From NCBI GenBank assembly GCA_963721095.1, contig CAVRHU010000004.1, positions 142,187 to 206,186 on the forward strand: DNA of 64,000 bases, in the 5' to 3' direction. The notes under the pieces are model-generated. The model was not told where the DNA came from, searched no databases, and saw only the letters and a list, made by a program, of their open reading frames with translations. Shown one piece after another: positions 48,585 to 56,874 of the stretch (its first letter is position 1; every line of letters starts with the position of its first letter). This DNA comes from an uncultured Gammaproteobacteria bacterium. Its GTDB lineage: Bacteria > Pseudomonadota > Gammaproteobacteria > Steroidobacterales > Steroidobacteraceae. The position numbers and the translations under genes were made by a program.

Positions 48585-50141
48585 CTAGTGGGCGGCGTAC
48601 ATCTTCATGACGTCGCTCTTCAGTAGAGCCTGGCTCTGCGGGCGGCTGTAGAACATGTGGCCTCCGGGATATTCCCTCACCTGCACGCGGTCCGAATTGC
48701 CCATGATGGGCATTTGGTCGACGATCAGGACCGAGGCCATGAAGGGGCATGAAAGATCATCCCAGCCGTGCACGATCAGCACGCGCATCTTTGGATCGAT
48801 CGCGACGGACTCGCGCAATTCCTTGGCCGAACCGTGCTCAAGGCCGTTGGCTTGCTTCTCCTTGTCCGGCGAGTCCGTCCATAGGTTGTTGACTTCGTAG
48901 CTCAAAGCGTTGTAGCGGCCGCTGTATTTCCACCCGACGGTGCGCGTAACGAAATCCACCATCGCCGTGGTGGTCGGCGCGATGATGCTGTCGAGGATTG
49001 GGTCGTTGGTCTCCTGCGCCGGGGCAAACGGGAACGGGTCGTAAGCCGTCACATTGGAATCGTAGCGGCTGCCGAGTTTTCCCTCGGAGCGATAGACCTC
49101 GCGCAAGTAAGCCTGCGTCTCGAGGCGGCCGCCGGAGCGACGCACGAAATTTGGATCGAGCCCCGACAGCTCCGTAACGCGTTTGACGATTCGTTCAACC
49201 GCCTGCGCATCGGCGCGGCCCTTCAGCAGGTCCTGCACATACTCGGTGCGGGTGTACTCAACGACAGCCGCCATGGCGGCGTCGGTCAGCTTACCCTGGC
49301 GCTCAAGATTCGCTGCCGCGATGCTTGGCAGCGTCAACATCCAGGGAAGCGGCGAAAGATCGCGGTTGTTCGAAGCGGCAGGATCTAGGAAAGGTGACAC
49401 GAGCACCTCGCCGTTCATGGCTACTCCGAGGCGGGTCTGCAGGTAGTGCGTGATGCGCGGGCCGCGAAACCCACCGTAGCTCTCGCCGACCAAGTACTTG
49501 CGGGAGGTCAGGCGTTCATTCTTGACCAACCAGTCGAAGATAATGCGCGACAGATATTCGACGTCTGACTTCGGGTTATAGAAGCGCTTCTTCGCTTCAT
49601 CCTCGGGTACCTGCGAATAGCTGAAGCCGGTCCCCACCGGGTCGATGAATACCAGGTCCGTAAAGCTGAGCCAGGTGCCCGGATTATCGACGGGAGTCGC
49701 CGGATCCGATGGACTGTCGCCCTCCGCACCGAATTGCACGCGTTTGGGGCCGATAGCGCCGAGGTTCAGATACACGGACGCGGCGCCCGGGCCACCGTTC
49801 AGCGCAAAAGTCACGGGGCGGTTGGCTCCCGGCACGGTGTAGGCGGTGAACATGACACTGGCGATGGTCTTACCCTTCTCGTCAAGCACCGGGAGCGAGC
49901 CGACCGTGGCGTCATATTTGAGTTCGCGGCCATCGAGCGTCAACGATTGGCGGACGGTCTTGTCGGCGGGAAATGGCGGCAGGTTGATTTCGTCATCCTT
50001 GTGCGGCTTATCCGCCTTGTCGGCACCCTTTGCAGCGTCGGGCGCCTTGGCAGGTTCGGCGTCTTTGGCGAATGTTGTGGGCGCGACCAGCAAGCCACAC
50101 GCGAGCATCATCGCAAGCAAGGAGTTCTTCAGCATCTTCAT
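48585..50141 (-). CDS. Exported S10 family serine carboxypeptidase
   Basis: 518 aa with a signal peptide. ..WLNGGPG-like LNGGPGAAS, the nucleophile motif LVGESYGG, and a C-terminal ..GGHM.. are present. Confidence 0.85.
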   Translation of the reverse strand: MKMLKNSLLAMMLACGLLVAPTTFAKDAEPAKAPDAAKGADKADKPHKDDEINLPPFPADKTVRQSLTLDGRELKYDATVGSLPVLDEKGKTIASVMFTAYTVPGANRPVTFALNGGPGAASVYLNLGAIGPKRVQFGAEGDSPSDPATPVDNPGTWLSFTDLVFIDPVGTGFSYSQVPEDEAKKRFYNPKSDVEYLSRIIFDWLVKNERLTSRKYLVGESYGGFRGPRITHYLQTRLGVAMNGEVLVSPFLDPAASNNRDLSPLPWMLTLPSIAAANLERQGKLTDAAMAAVVEYTRTEYVQDLLKGRADAQAVERIVKRVTELSGLDPNFVRRSGGRLETQAYLREVYRSEGKLGSRYDSNVTAYDPFPFAPAQETNDPILDSIIAPTTTAMVDFVTRTVGWKYSGRYNALSYEVNNLWTDSPDKEKQANGLEHGSAKELRESVAIDPKMRVLIVHGWDDLSCPFMASVLIVDQMPIMGNSDRVQVREYPGGHMFYSRPQSQALLKSDVMKMYAAH

Positions 50142-50364
50142 CCCTTCATGTTCATGTCAGAAAATCGAGGCCGTTATGGTACGCGATCCTGCTGCCTTAG
50201 GCGCGCCCGTCGCATCCGCTTCTGTCGTAAGAGCGCGCTCGCACCGACAGCCGCGGCGCCGACAAAACCGCACGCCAGACTTAGCGTACACTTCGTCGGC
50301 AGCGCCCCGAGCATGTCCATGAGTCATAGCCGAGTTTTTGCACTTCCCATAGCGGTTTCCAGCA

Positions 50365-51420
50365 TTGCCGTGCGCCACTGAGGACCGGGCGGCAAGCATC
50401 ACAGCGCTTGCGACGTCGAAGTGCGTCGAAGTGGCACGGCTGGTGATGCCCAGTGCCGCAGGTCCTGCGACCGTCTCGACCCTTCGAGAGGCGGAACAGT
50501 TCGCGGCCGCCGGTGTGCGCGATTTGCTTTACGCGGTGGGTATCGCCCTCGATAAGATTCCCAGGGTTGTCGCGCTCCGCGATCGAGGCATCGATCTCTC
50601 CGTCGTGCTGGACAGCCAGGATCAGTCGCACGCGGTCGTGGCCGCGTGCAAGCGCACGGGAATGCGCATTCCTGTGTTGATTGAGATCGATCCGGACGGT
50701 CATCGCGCCGGTCTTCGCCCAGACGACCCACGTATAATCGATATCGGATCTACCCTTATTAAGGGGGGCGCGGAGCTGCGCGGCGTCATGACCCACTCGG
50801 GCGGCTCTTACAGTCAAGCAGGTGCGGCTGCGCACCGCGCAGCCGCCGAAGCGGAACGCTCGGCGGCTCTGAGCGCAGCACTGGCGCTGGGCCGTGCGGG
50901 CCTTCCTTGCGCCGTGGTCAGTGTCGGTTCGACCCCGACCGCGCACTTTGCAGCCGATCTCTCCGGCGTGACAGAAGTGCGAGCAGGCGTATTTGTATTC
51001 TTTGATCTGGTCATGGCCGGCCTTGGTGTCTGTACCCTCGACGACATTGCAATGACGGTTCTGGCCACGGTCATTGGGCATCAGCGCGAAAAAGGCTGGA
51101 TCCTCATCGACGCCGGTTGGACGGCGCTGTCGCAGGATCGCGGTACTGCAAACCAAGCTCTCGACCAAGGTTATGGAGTGGTCTGCGATATCGCCGGCGC
51201 GCCTTACCCCGGCCTCATCGTCACGCGAGTCAATCAGGAACATGGAATCGTCTCGCTGAGATCCGGATCGACCGGGAGCCTGCCCAATCTTGCCGCCGGT
51301 TCGCGTGTCCGCATATTACCGAACCACGCCTGCGCCACCGCCGCGCAGTTCGATCGCTATCACGTATTGAATGAAGCCGATGAAGTGACCGGCGCATGGC
51401 AGCGCTTTTCGGGATGGTAA
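50365..51420 (+). CDS. PLP-dependent D-serine dehydratase / D-threonine aldolase-like (DSD1 family) enzyme
   Basis: ..ATSKCVEVARL.. is the putative PLP-Lys region. ..MTHSGGSY.. is present, and the C-terminus is ..RILPNHACATAAQFDRY. The only start is a TTG, 12 nt after an in-frame stop, and the N-terminus looks short for the family. Confidence 0.65.
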   Translation: MPCATEDRAASITALATSKCVEVARLVMPSAAGPATVSTLREAEQFAAAGVRDLLYAVGIALDKIPRVVALRDRGIDLSVVLDSQDQSHAVVAACKRTGMRIPVLIEIDPDGHRAGLRPDDPRIIDIGSTLIKGGAELRGVMTHSGGSYSQAGAAAHRAAAEAERSAALSAALALGRAGLPCAVVSVGSTPTAHFAADLSGVTEVRAGVFVFFDLVMAGLGVCTLDDIAMTVLATVIGHQREKGWILIDAGWTALSQDRGTANQALDQGYGVVCDIAGAPYPGLIVTRVNQEHGIVSLRSGSTGSLPNLAAGSRVRILPNHACATAAQFDRYHVLNEADEVTGAWQRFSGW

Positions 51421-51427
51421 AGGGCTT

Positions 51428-52372
51428 ATGTCCGTACTGATCGATGCTGAACGCTTGCGCACGCTCACTCCGTGGCCAAGGCTCATCGATGCCCTCCAGA
51501 GTGCATTTCGTGAACCCTGCGACGCGCCTGAACGCATGCATTTTGACCTCGGCGGTGCCGGATCGCTGATCATCATGCCTGCATGGCAGTTGAAAGGGTT
51601 TCTAGGCGTGAAGGTCGTGCAAGTCTTCCCGGGTAATTCGGACATTGGCAAACCGACGGTGCATGGAATGTACATGCTTGCATCCGCCGGCACTGGCGAG
51701 GTCCTATCGCTCATCGACGCCCAAGAACTGACCGCGCGGCGAACCGCCGCCGTTTCGGCGCTGGCATCGAGATTTCTGTCGCGTGCGGCGAGCCGGTGTC
51801 TCTTAGTGATGGGAACCGGACGCCTCGCCTTCGAAGTCGTTTCAGCCCACGCGACTGTCCGCCCGATCGAGCAAGTCCTAATTTGGGGTCGAAATTCCGC
51901 GCGGGCATCAGCGCTTTGCCGTCGCATCTGCGACGAGCTCGACCTGAATGCGCAGGTGGCCGACTCCTTGGACCTCGCGCTCTCGCGTGCCGATATAGTC
52001 TCGACGGTTACCGCAGCCTTCAAACCCATCCTGCCGGGACGCAGCGTCCGCCCCGGCACGCACGTCGATTTGATTGGAGGTTTCACGCCATCCATGCGTG
52101 AAGCCGATGACGACGTGATCCGCTCGGCGGAGATCTACGTCGATATGTTGGCCTCGGCTGTTCGAGAAGCGGGCGACATCGTCGATCCCATCGAGCGAGG
52201 CGTCATCAGCCGATCAGCAATTCGCGGCGATCTATTCGATCTGTGCGCCGGCCGCGCGCCCCTTCGCACCTCGGAAGGCGCCGTCACCGTATTTAAGTCG
52301 GTGGGCCTCGCACTTGAGGATCTGGCCGCAGCAGGCCTCGCCTGGAACTCACTTTCACGAGCGAACGACTGA
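51428..52372 (+). CDS. Ornithine cyclodeaminase/mu-crystallin family protein
   Basis: 314 aa. ..LTARRTAAVSALASRFL...VMGTGRLA...LIGGFTP.MREAD are typical OCD/mu-crystallin motifs. Confidence 0.85.
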   Translation: MSVLIDAERLRTLTPWPRLIDALQSAFREPCDAPERMHFDLGGAGSLIIMPAWQLKGFLGVKVVQVFPGNSDIGKPTVHGMYMLASAGTGEVLSLIDAQELTARRTAAVSALASRFLSRAASRCLLVMGTGRLAFEVVSAHATVRPIEQVLIWGRNSARASALCRRICDELDLNAQVADSLDLALSRADIVSTVTAAFKPILPGRSVRPGTHVDLIGGFTPSMREADDDVIRSAEIYVDMLASAVREAGDIVDPIERGVISRSAIRGDLFDLCAGRAPLRTSEGAVTVFKSVGLALEDLAAAGLAWNSLSRAND

Positions 52373-52389
52373 ATATGTCTTGATGATTT

Positions 52390-53190
52390 TCATCGATGTG
52401 TAACTCTAATGGCCCGCCGGGATCCATCCTGGCTGATCACCTTGAGTCCCGCAACCTGCCCCAGTAGATCGATGATTTCCTCCGCCATGCCGTCCGCCAA
52501 GCATTCCTGAGCCTTCTTTTCACGCGCATCGACGAATGGCAGCACCGCGATCTACTTGCCGGCGATTGGGGCGACCGCCGATGTCTGCGAACCGGCCTGC
52601 TTCGCGGGCCAGTAGCGAATCACGACGCCGACTACCACGGCAGCGGCGAGCAGAAATATCGTGGCGACGATGACGCGCTTAATCGTCAGATAACTGGGTC
52701 GACGTTGACGCTCGGACGGATTACCGCCATCACTGCCCAATCCTGGACTGGTCCAAGACGCGGGTGCCAGGCGTTGTCTCACGGCTTGCGTAAGTTTGGT
52801 CAATGCCGCCGGCATGCCTAAGGCCGCCACATCTATCCACTGCGATTCGCTCAAAAAATACTCAAACGAGCGAGTCAGGGGCGCCGCATCCGTTCGCAGC
52901 ACGATGATTCGCCGTCCTTGTGACGCGGCCCGCTCGGTCTGCCGTCCTACATGCGGCGACGCAAGCGCCTGTTCCGAAAGCACCAGTACAAACACTTTCG
53001 TGCCGCCAATTGCCGCCGCGATCTCATCGTACTGCGATCCTGGCGTGATATCGCGAGGTGCGATCCAGCATTTGATCGCGTGCCGCTCGAGATTCTCAAC
53101 TAAGACGCCTGCGACGGCCGCATCTTGCGAGGCGTAGCTGACGCATACATCGTTGCCCACTGCGGTATCGTTCGGGGTGGTGTCAGTCAT
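52390..53190 (-). pseudogene. TIR-TM-'IAVLPF' module protein: in-frame TAG and loss of the C-terminal (TPR) region
   Basis: MTDTTPNDTAVGNDVCVSYASQDAAVAGVLVENLERHAIKCWIAPRD... is the TIR domain, followed by the TM segment IVATIFLLAAAVVVGVVI. The sequence then reads ..PIAGK*IAVLPFVDAREKKAQECLADGMAEEIIDLLGQVAGLKVIS, with the TAG at 52552-52554. Homology is lost near 52420 and a stop follows at 52390. Confidence 0.7.
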
Positions 53191-53351
53191 TTCGACAAAA
53201 TCAGGATTTTCACGTGCGGCAATCATTGTAGCGGAGCGCCCCGAGCTCTGCCGAAGCCCTGAGTTCGGTCCAAAACGCAACCTATGCGATACTGATGAAT
53301 GGCGCCGATGAGGATTTAATTGCGCGCAAGTTTTTTTGTGAGGTCCACCGT

Positions 53352-54257
53352 ATGACCCGTCGATCGTACTTGGTTGCCGCGAGCTGCGTTTGTTTTACCG
53401 CCTTGCGGGTAGCCGCAGCGCAGATCATTCCAGTTGCTGCGGCACCGATGACCTTGGGCGGCATCGTCAATCAGGATAGTGACGATACACTCGCGTTTAC
53501 CCCGGACGGCCACACCGTTTTCTTTGATCGCAGCGACGGGCCGCACAAGACCATCTTGATTTCACACCGCATCAATGGACATTGGTCTTCGCCACAGCCG
53601 GCAAGCTTCTCGGGCCGATGGTTTGACCAGGATCCGGTAGTGGCTCCAGACGGCAGCTTTTTGCTGTTCAATTCAGATCGGCCCGTGAGTGCTGGCGGCA
53701 AACCGCTGGTGCAAAGCTACTTTGCCGGTGGACCGGGACCGGGCTCGAATATCTGGCGGGTTGAACGCAAAGGAGATCACTGGGGTGATCCGGTCTGGCT
53801 CGGCCCCACCATCAACATTGATGTGTTCATCGATTTCGCGAGTCTGGCCGCCGACGCGACGCTCTATTTCATGCGCTGGGATGCCGCCGAGAAATCCATG
53901 CATCTTTGGCGATCGCACTACCATCACGGCTCATATCTCGCGCCCGAATTTGTGACTCTCGGCGATCCCAAAGAGTCCATTCATGATCCGGCCGTTGCGC
54001 CCGATCAATCGTTCATCGTGTTTGATTCCGGCAAGGTGAAGGGGGGATTGGGGCGATTGTGCATTGCTTTCCGCGAGGGGGATCATTGGGGCCTGCCAAT
54101 CGATCTTGGAGACACCATCAATAAGGACCTTCCCTGGGGTGCGCACCTCGCGCCCGATGCGCGCACGATCTATTTCACCGGCAAGTCCGGTATCCAGCAA
54201 TTTTCTCTTGCGCCTTGGATTGAAGCGCATCGACACGCGGGTTCGAATCGCAGTTAA
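53352..54257 (+). CDS. Exported TolB-like (PD40/WD40-like) beta-propeller protein
   Basis: The start is MTRRSYLVAASCVCFTALRVAAAQ. Repeated ..P.VAPDG..L.F.S.R.. motifs (VVAPDGSFLLFNSDRP, AVAPDQSFIVFDSGK, HLAPDARTIYFTGK) are present. Confidence 0.7.
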   Translation: MTRRSYLVAASCVCFTALRVAAAQIIPVAAAPMTLGGIVNQDSDDTLAFTPDGHTVFFDRSDGPHKTILISHRINGHWSSPQPASFSGRWFDQDPVVAPDGSFLLFNSDRPVSAGGKPLVQSYFAGGPGPGSNIWRVERKGDHWGDPVWLGPTINIDVFIDFASLAADATLYFMRWDAAEKSMHLWRSHYHHGSYLAPEFVTLGDPKESIHDPAVAPDQSFIVFDSGKVKGGLGRLCIAFREGDHWGLPIDLGDTINKDLPWGAHLAPDARTIYFTGKSGIQQFSLAPWIEAHRHAGSNRS

Positions 54258-54364
54258 GCACCGCGGCGTCAAATGATCCACTTACGTATGCGATACGCGC
54301 CGGCCTGGATCGCCGCCGGCGATCGCGGCAATTGGGATCAAAACGGTCGGACATGCCTGGTCTC

Positions 54365-55537
54365 TTATCGGACGGCGCGGCGAAGCCTGGCGAGATCGGC
54401 ATGCCGCGTGGCGATATCGCCGCGATCGGCAGCCAGCCGCAGATCCCGCAGCGTTTCGAGCGAGCGCAGCAGGACCGGCAGCGGGGGTCCGCTGGCGGTG
54501 ATCCCCTCCAAGCTTTGCTCGCTCAGAGTGGACGCGGGCGCCTCGATGAACCGTTTCACCAAACCATCGTGGTGCTGCGCCGCCGCCTGCCCGAACAGGT
54601 CGCAGACTTCTAGGTAGGCGCGGGCATTCAGCTGAAACCAGCCCGCGTGTTTGTAGTCATCGATCAAAGACAGCAACTCGTCCAGCAGGCTCGTCCGCGT
54701 CATACAGTCGCGTAGCCGCGCTTGATCGGACGGCAGCATGAACAGCATTTTGTCGACCAGAAGCTGTGCGTAATACGGATCGTTGGCGCGGCACAGTCCC
54801 AAAAGCAGGTCGATTTCGTTGATGCCGGAAAAATCCCCGGCATTTGCACCGCGATATTCCTGTCGTCCGACGCGGTAAGGCTTGTAGTAAGGCCGCACCG
54901 AATAAAAAAACCGGTCGACATCCAATTGCCTTATCAATCTGTCGTTGAATCGAATCACATCCCGCAGCGCCTGCTTCGCGGCATCGAACATCACATCCGC
55001 CACGGGACTGGAGACTCCAAGATGTACGATGCTCGCGAGCGCATCCGCCGCGCGCTGCAACGAGAGAATTCCGCGCGTGTTCTCGTCAATGAACAGAAAC
55101 TCGTCCGGCAGTGAGGTAAAGCTCTTGCGAACGCCGGCGCGCGCCCTATTGTGAGTCGCCAGGTGTCCGGTCGAGAATCTCGGCGCCATGCCCAAAGATG
55201 CGCCGACGTGCAGCGCAAGCGAGGAGGCCTCGGGGAACGGCGAGCGCTCCTCTCGCGCCGGATTGGTCAATTCGTGGCGCCGCAACGCGCCGAGATACAG
55301 ACCCACGCTGCCAAGCACTCCGTAGGCGCTGTCGAATCCCTCTCCCGTGTTGCCCTCGGCGAGCAATGCGACAACATGTGTATGACCCTCATCGCGCAAC
55401 GAGGCCTTGATCGGGTCTCCGCAGCCGATCACTTGCGCGCGGTCCTCCTTCGCAAAATATAAGTTTTCGAGTTCGGTATTCATCTGAACAAAGGACGTTC
55501 GAATCCAATGCTCGAATTCTTCTGCCCTGCTGCTCAT
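54365..55537 (-). CDS. PrnB/DUF1864-like protein (IDO/TDO-related heme enzyme family)
   Basis: 390 aa from MSSRAEEFEHW, with GAGGTG 3 nt upstream of the ATG. SFTSLPDEFLFIDE.. and FFYSVRPYYKPYRVGRQEYRGANAGDFSGINEIDLLLG parallel P. fluorescens PrnB ([42 protein letters not shown]), quoted from memory. Confidence 0.6.
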   Translation of the reverse strand: MSSRAEEFEHWIRTSFVQMNTELENLYFAKEDRAQVIGCGDPIKASLRDEGHTHVVALLAEGNTGEGFDSAYGVLGSVGLYLGALRRHELTNPAREERSPFPEASSLALHVGASLGMAPRFSTGHLATHNRARAGVRKSFTSLPDEFLFIDENTRGILSLQRAADALASIVHLGVSSPVADVMFDAAKQALRDVIRFNDRLIRQLDVDRFFYSVRPYYKPYRVGRQEYRGANAGDFSGINEIDLLLGLCRANDPYYAQLLVDKMLFMLPSDQARLRDCMTRTSLLDELLSLIDDYKHAGWFQLNARAYLEVCDLFGQAAAQHHDGLVKRFIEAPASTLSEQSLEGITASGPPLPVLLRSLETLRDLRLAADRGDIATRHADLARLRRAVR

Positions 55538-55569
55538 TCGCACCTCATGCTCACTGCGGGCATCGTACC

Positions 55570-56865
55570 TTATGTCGTGACGGTGCTGCGCGCGCGGGAA
55601 TTCGACAGCGCCGCGCAGATTGCGGCAAGTGCAATTAGATATCCTGTTGCCACGGTCAAGACAATCGGTGGCCCCAGCCCCGCCTTCGCCGCGAATAGGT
55701 GCGCAGCCGCCACCGCCACCGCGGTCGGACCGAGCCCGGCGCCAAGCGCCACGTTTAGAAAGAAACTCATGGACATCGCAAGCCCGCGCGAACGATTCGG
55801 TACCACATCGAGAATCGCGGAAAAACCTACCGCGGTCACGATGCCCGACAAGGCAAAATACAGCGGCACACCGGTCAGGACGAAGTTGAATGCCGGCGAG
55901 TTCATGAGCAGCGAGGCCGGCAATATCAACAGCCCTGAATACAAACATACCCGCAGCTTGCGCGGCCATCCGCCCCGCGCCCCGGCGCGATCCGCGAGGG
56001 CGCCGCCGATGAGCACGCCCCCGCCGAAGCCGACCGTCAAAAGCAAACCCAATTCGACGCCGACCTGCGCCGCATCTTTGCCGAAGTCCCTGATGAGCAG
56101 GGTCGGTGCCCAAGCTCCCACGGCATTGTCGACGAACGAAGCCGCTGCCAATACGATGTAGACCGGCAGGACGCGGGCCCAGGGCGTAGTGCGCCAGGTA
56201 CTGCCGTCTGCTGCGCGGGGGGTGGCCAACTCGCCTTCCACAGTTTGCCGAACCGGCTCGCGAATGAGCAAAATTACCACGGCCCACAAGAGCCCGGGGC
56301 CGCCGATTACGAGCAGTACCATTCGCCACGGCGCGTAGCTGGCCACGGGTGTGGCGGCAAGCGCGCCCAATTCGATGGCGTGCAGAACGCCGCCGCCGAT
56401 CAGAATGGCGACGCCGCTTCCCATCGCAATGCCGCTGAGGAAGAATCCAACCGCCGTACCCCGTCGCGAGGGTGGAAAATAATCGCTGATCAGCGAAATG
56501 GCGGCCGGGGAAAGTGCGGCCTCCCCCAGGCCGACCAGAATGCGGCTCGCAAAAATCTCGAGAAAATTGTGCGAAAAACCGCAGGCGATCGTTCCCACAC
56601 TCCAGACTGATACGCCGCAGAAGATGAGGTTGCGCCGCGAAATACGGTCGGCCAGAAGCCCGAGAGGTATACCGGCGACTCCATAGATCACGGCGAACGC
56701 AGTCCCCAAGAGCAGGCTGATCTGGGTATCGCTGATACCCAGATCGCCGCGAATGGGATCGACCAAAAGACTCAACACTTGCCGATCGGTGTACGACAAG
56801 ACCGCCGTTGCAATCAAAATTGCAACGACGGTCCAAGCGTAGGGACGACTGGGATAGGCGGCCAC
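55570..56865 (-). CDS. MFS transporter
   Basis: 431 aa with a GTG start and 12 predicted TM segments. ..LADRISRRN.. lies in loop 2-3, typical of MFS_1. Confidence 0.85.
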   Translation of the reverse strand: MAAYPSRPYAWTVVAILIATAVLSYTDRQVLSLLVDPIRGDLGISDTQISLLLGTAFAVIYGVAGIPLGLLADRISRRNLIFCGVSVWSVGTIACGFSHNFLEIFASRILVGLGEAALSPAAISLISDYFPPSRRGTAVGFFLSGIAMGSGVAILIGGGVLHAIELGALAATPVASYAPWRMVLLVIGGPGLLWAVVILLIREPVRQTVEGELATPRAADGSTWRTTPWARVLPVYIVLAAASFVDNAVGAWAPTLLIRDFGKDAAQVGVELGLLLTVGFGGGVLIGGALADRAGARGGWPRKLRVCLYSGLLILPASLLMNSPAFNFVLTGVPLYFALSGIVTAVGFSAILDVVPNRSRGLAMSMSFFLNVALGAGLGPTAVAVAAAHLFAAKAGLGPPIVLTVATGYLIALAAICAALSNSRARSTVTT

Positions 56866-56874
56866 GCCGAAGCT

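Noticed and set aside
48285-50141. Genomic island integrated at tRNA-Met
   Set aside because: There is no integrase next to the tRNA and no visible direct repeat of the tRNA 3' end. Downstream genes have host-like composition. Only the truncated VOC gene hints at past rearrangement.
54365-56836. 823-aa ORF on the minus strand, spanning the PrnB-like gene and most of the MFS gene
   Set aside because: Only the last 390 codons look like protein, starting at MSSRAEEF with an SD. The upstream 430 codons are an R/G/A-rich alternative frame of the well-supported MFS gene. This is a shadow ORF of GC-rich DNA.
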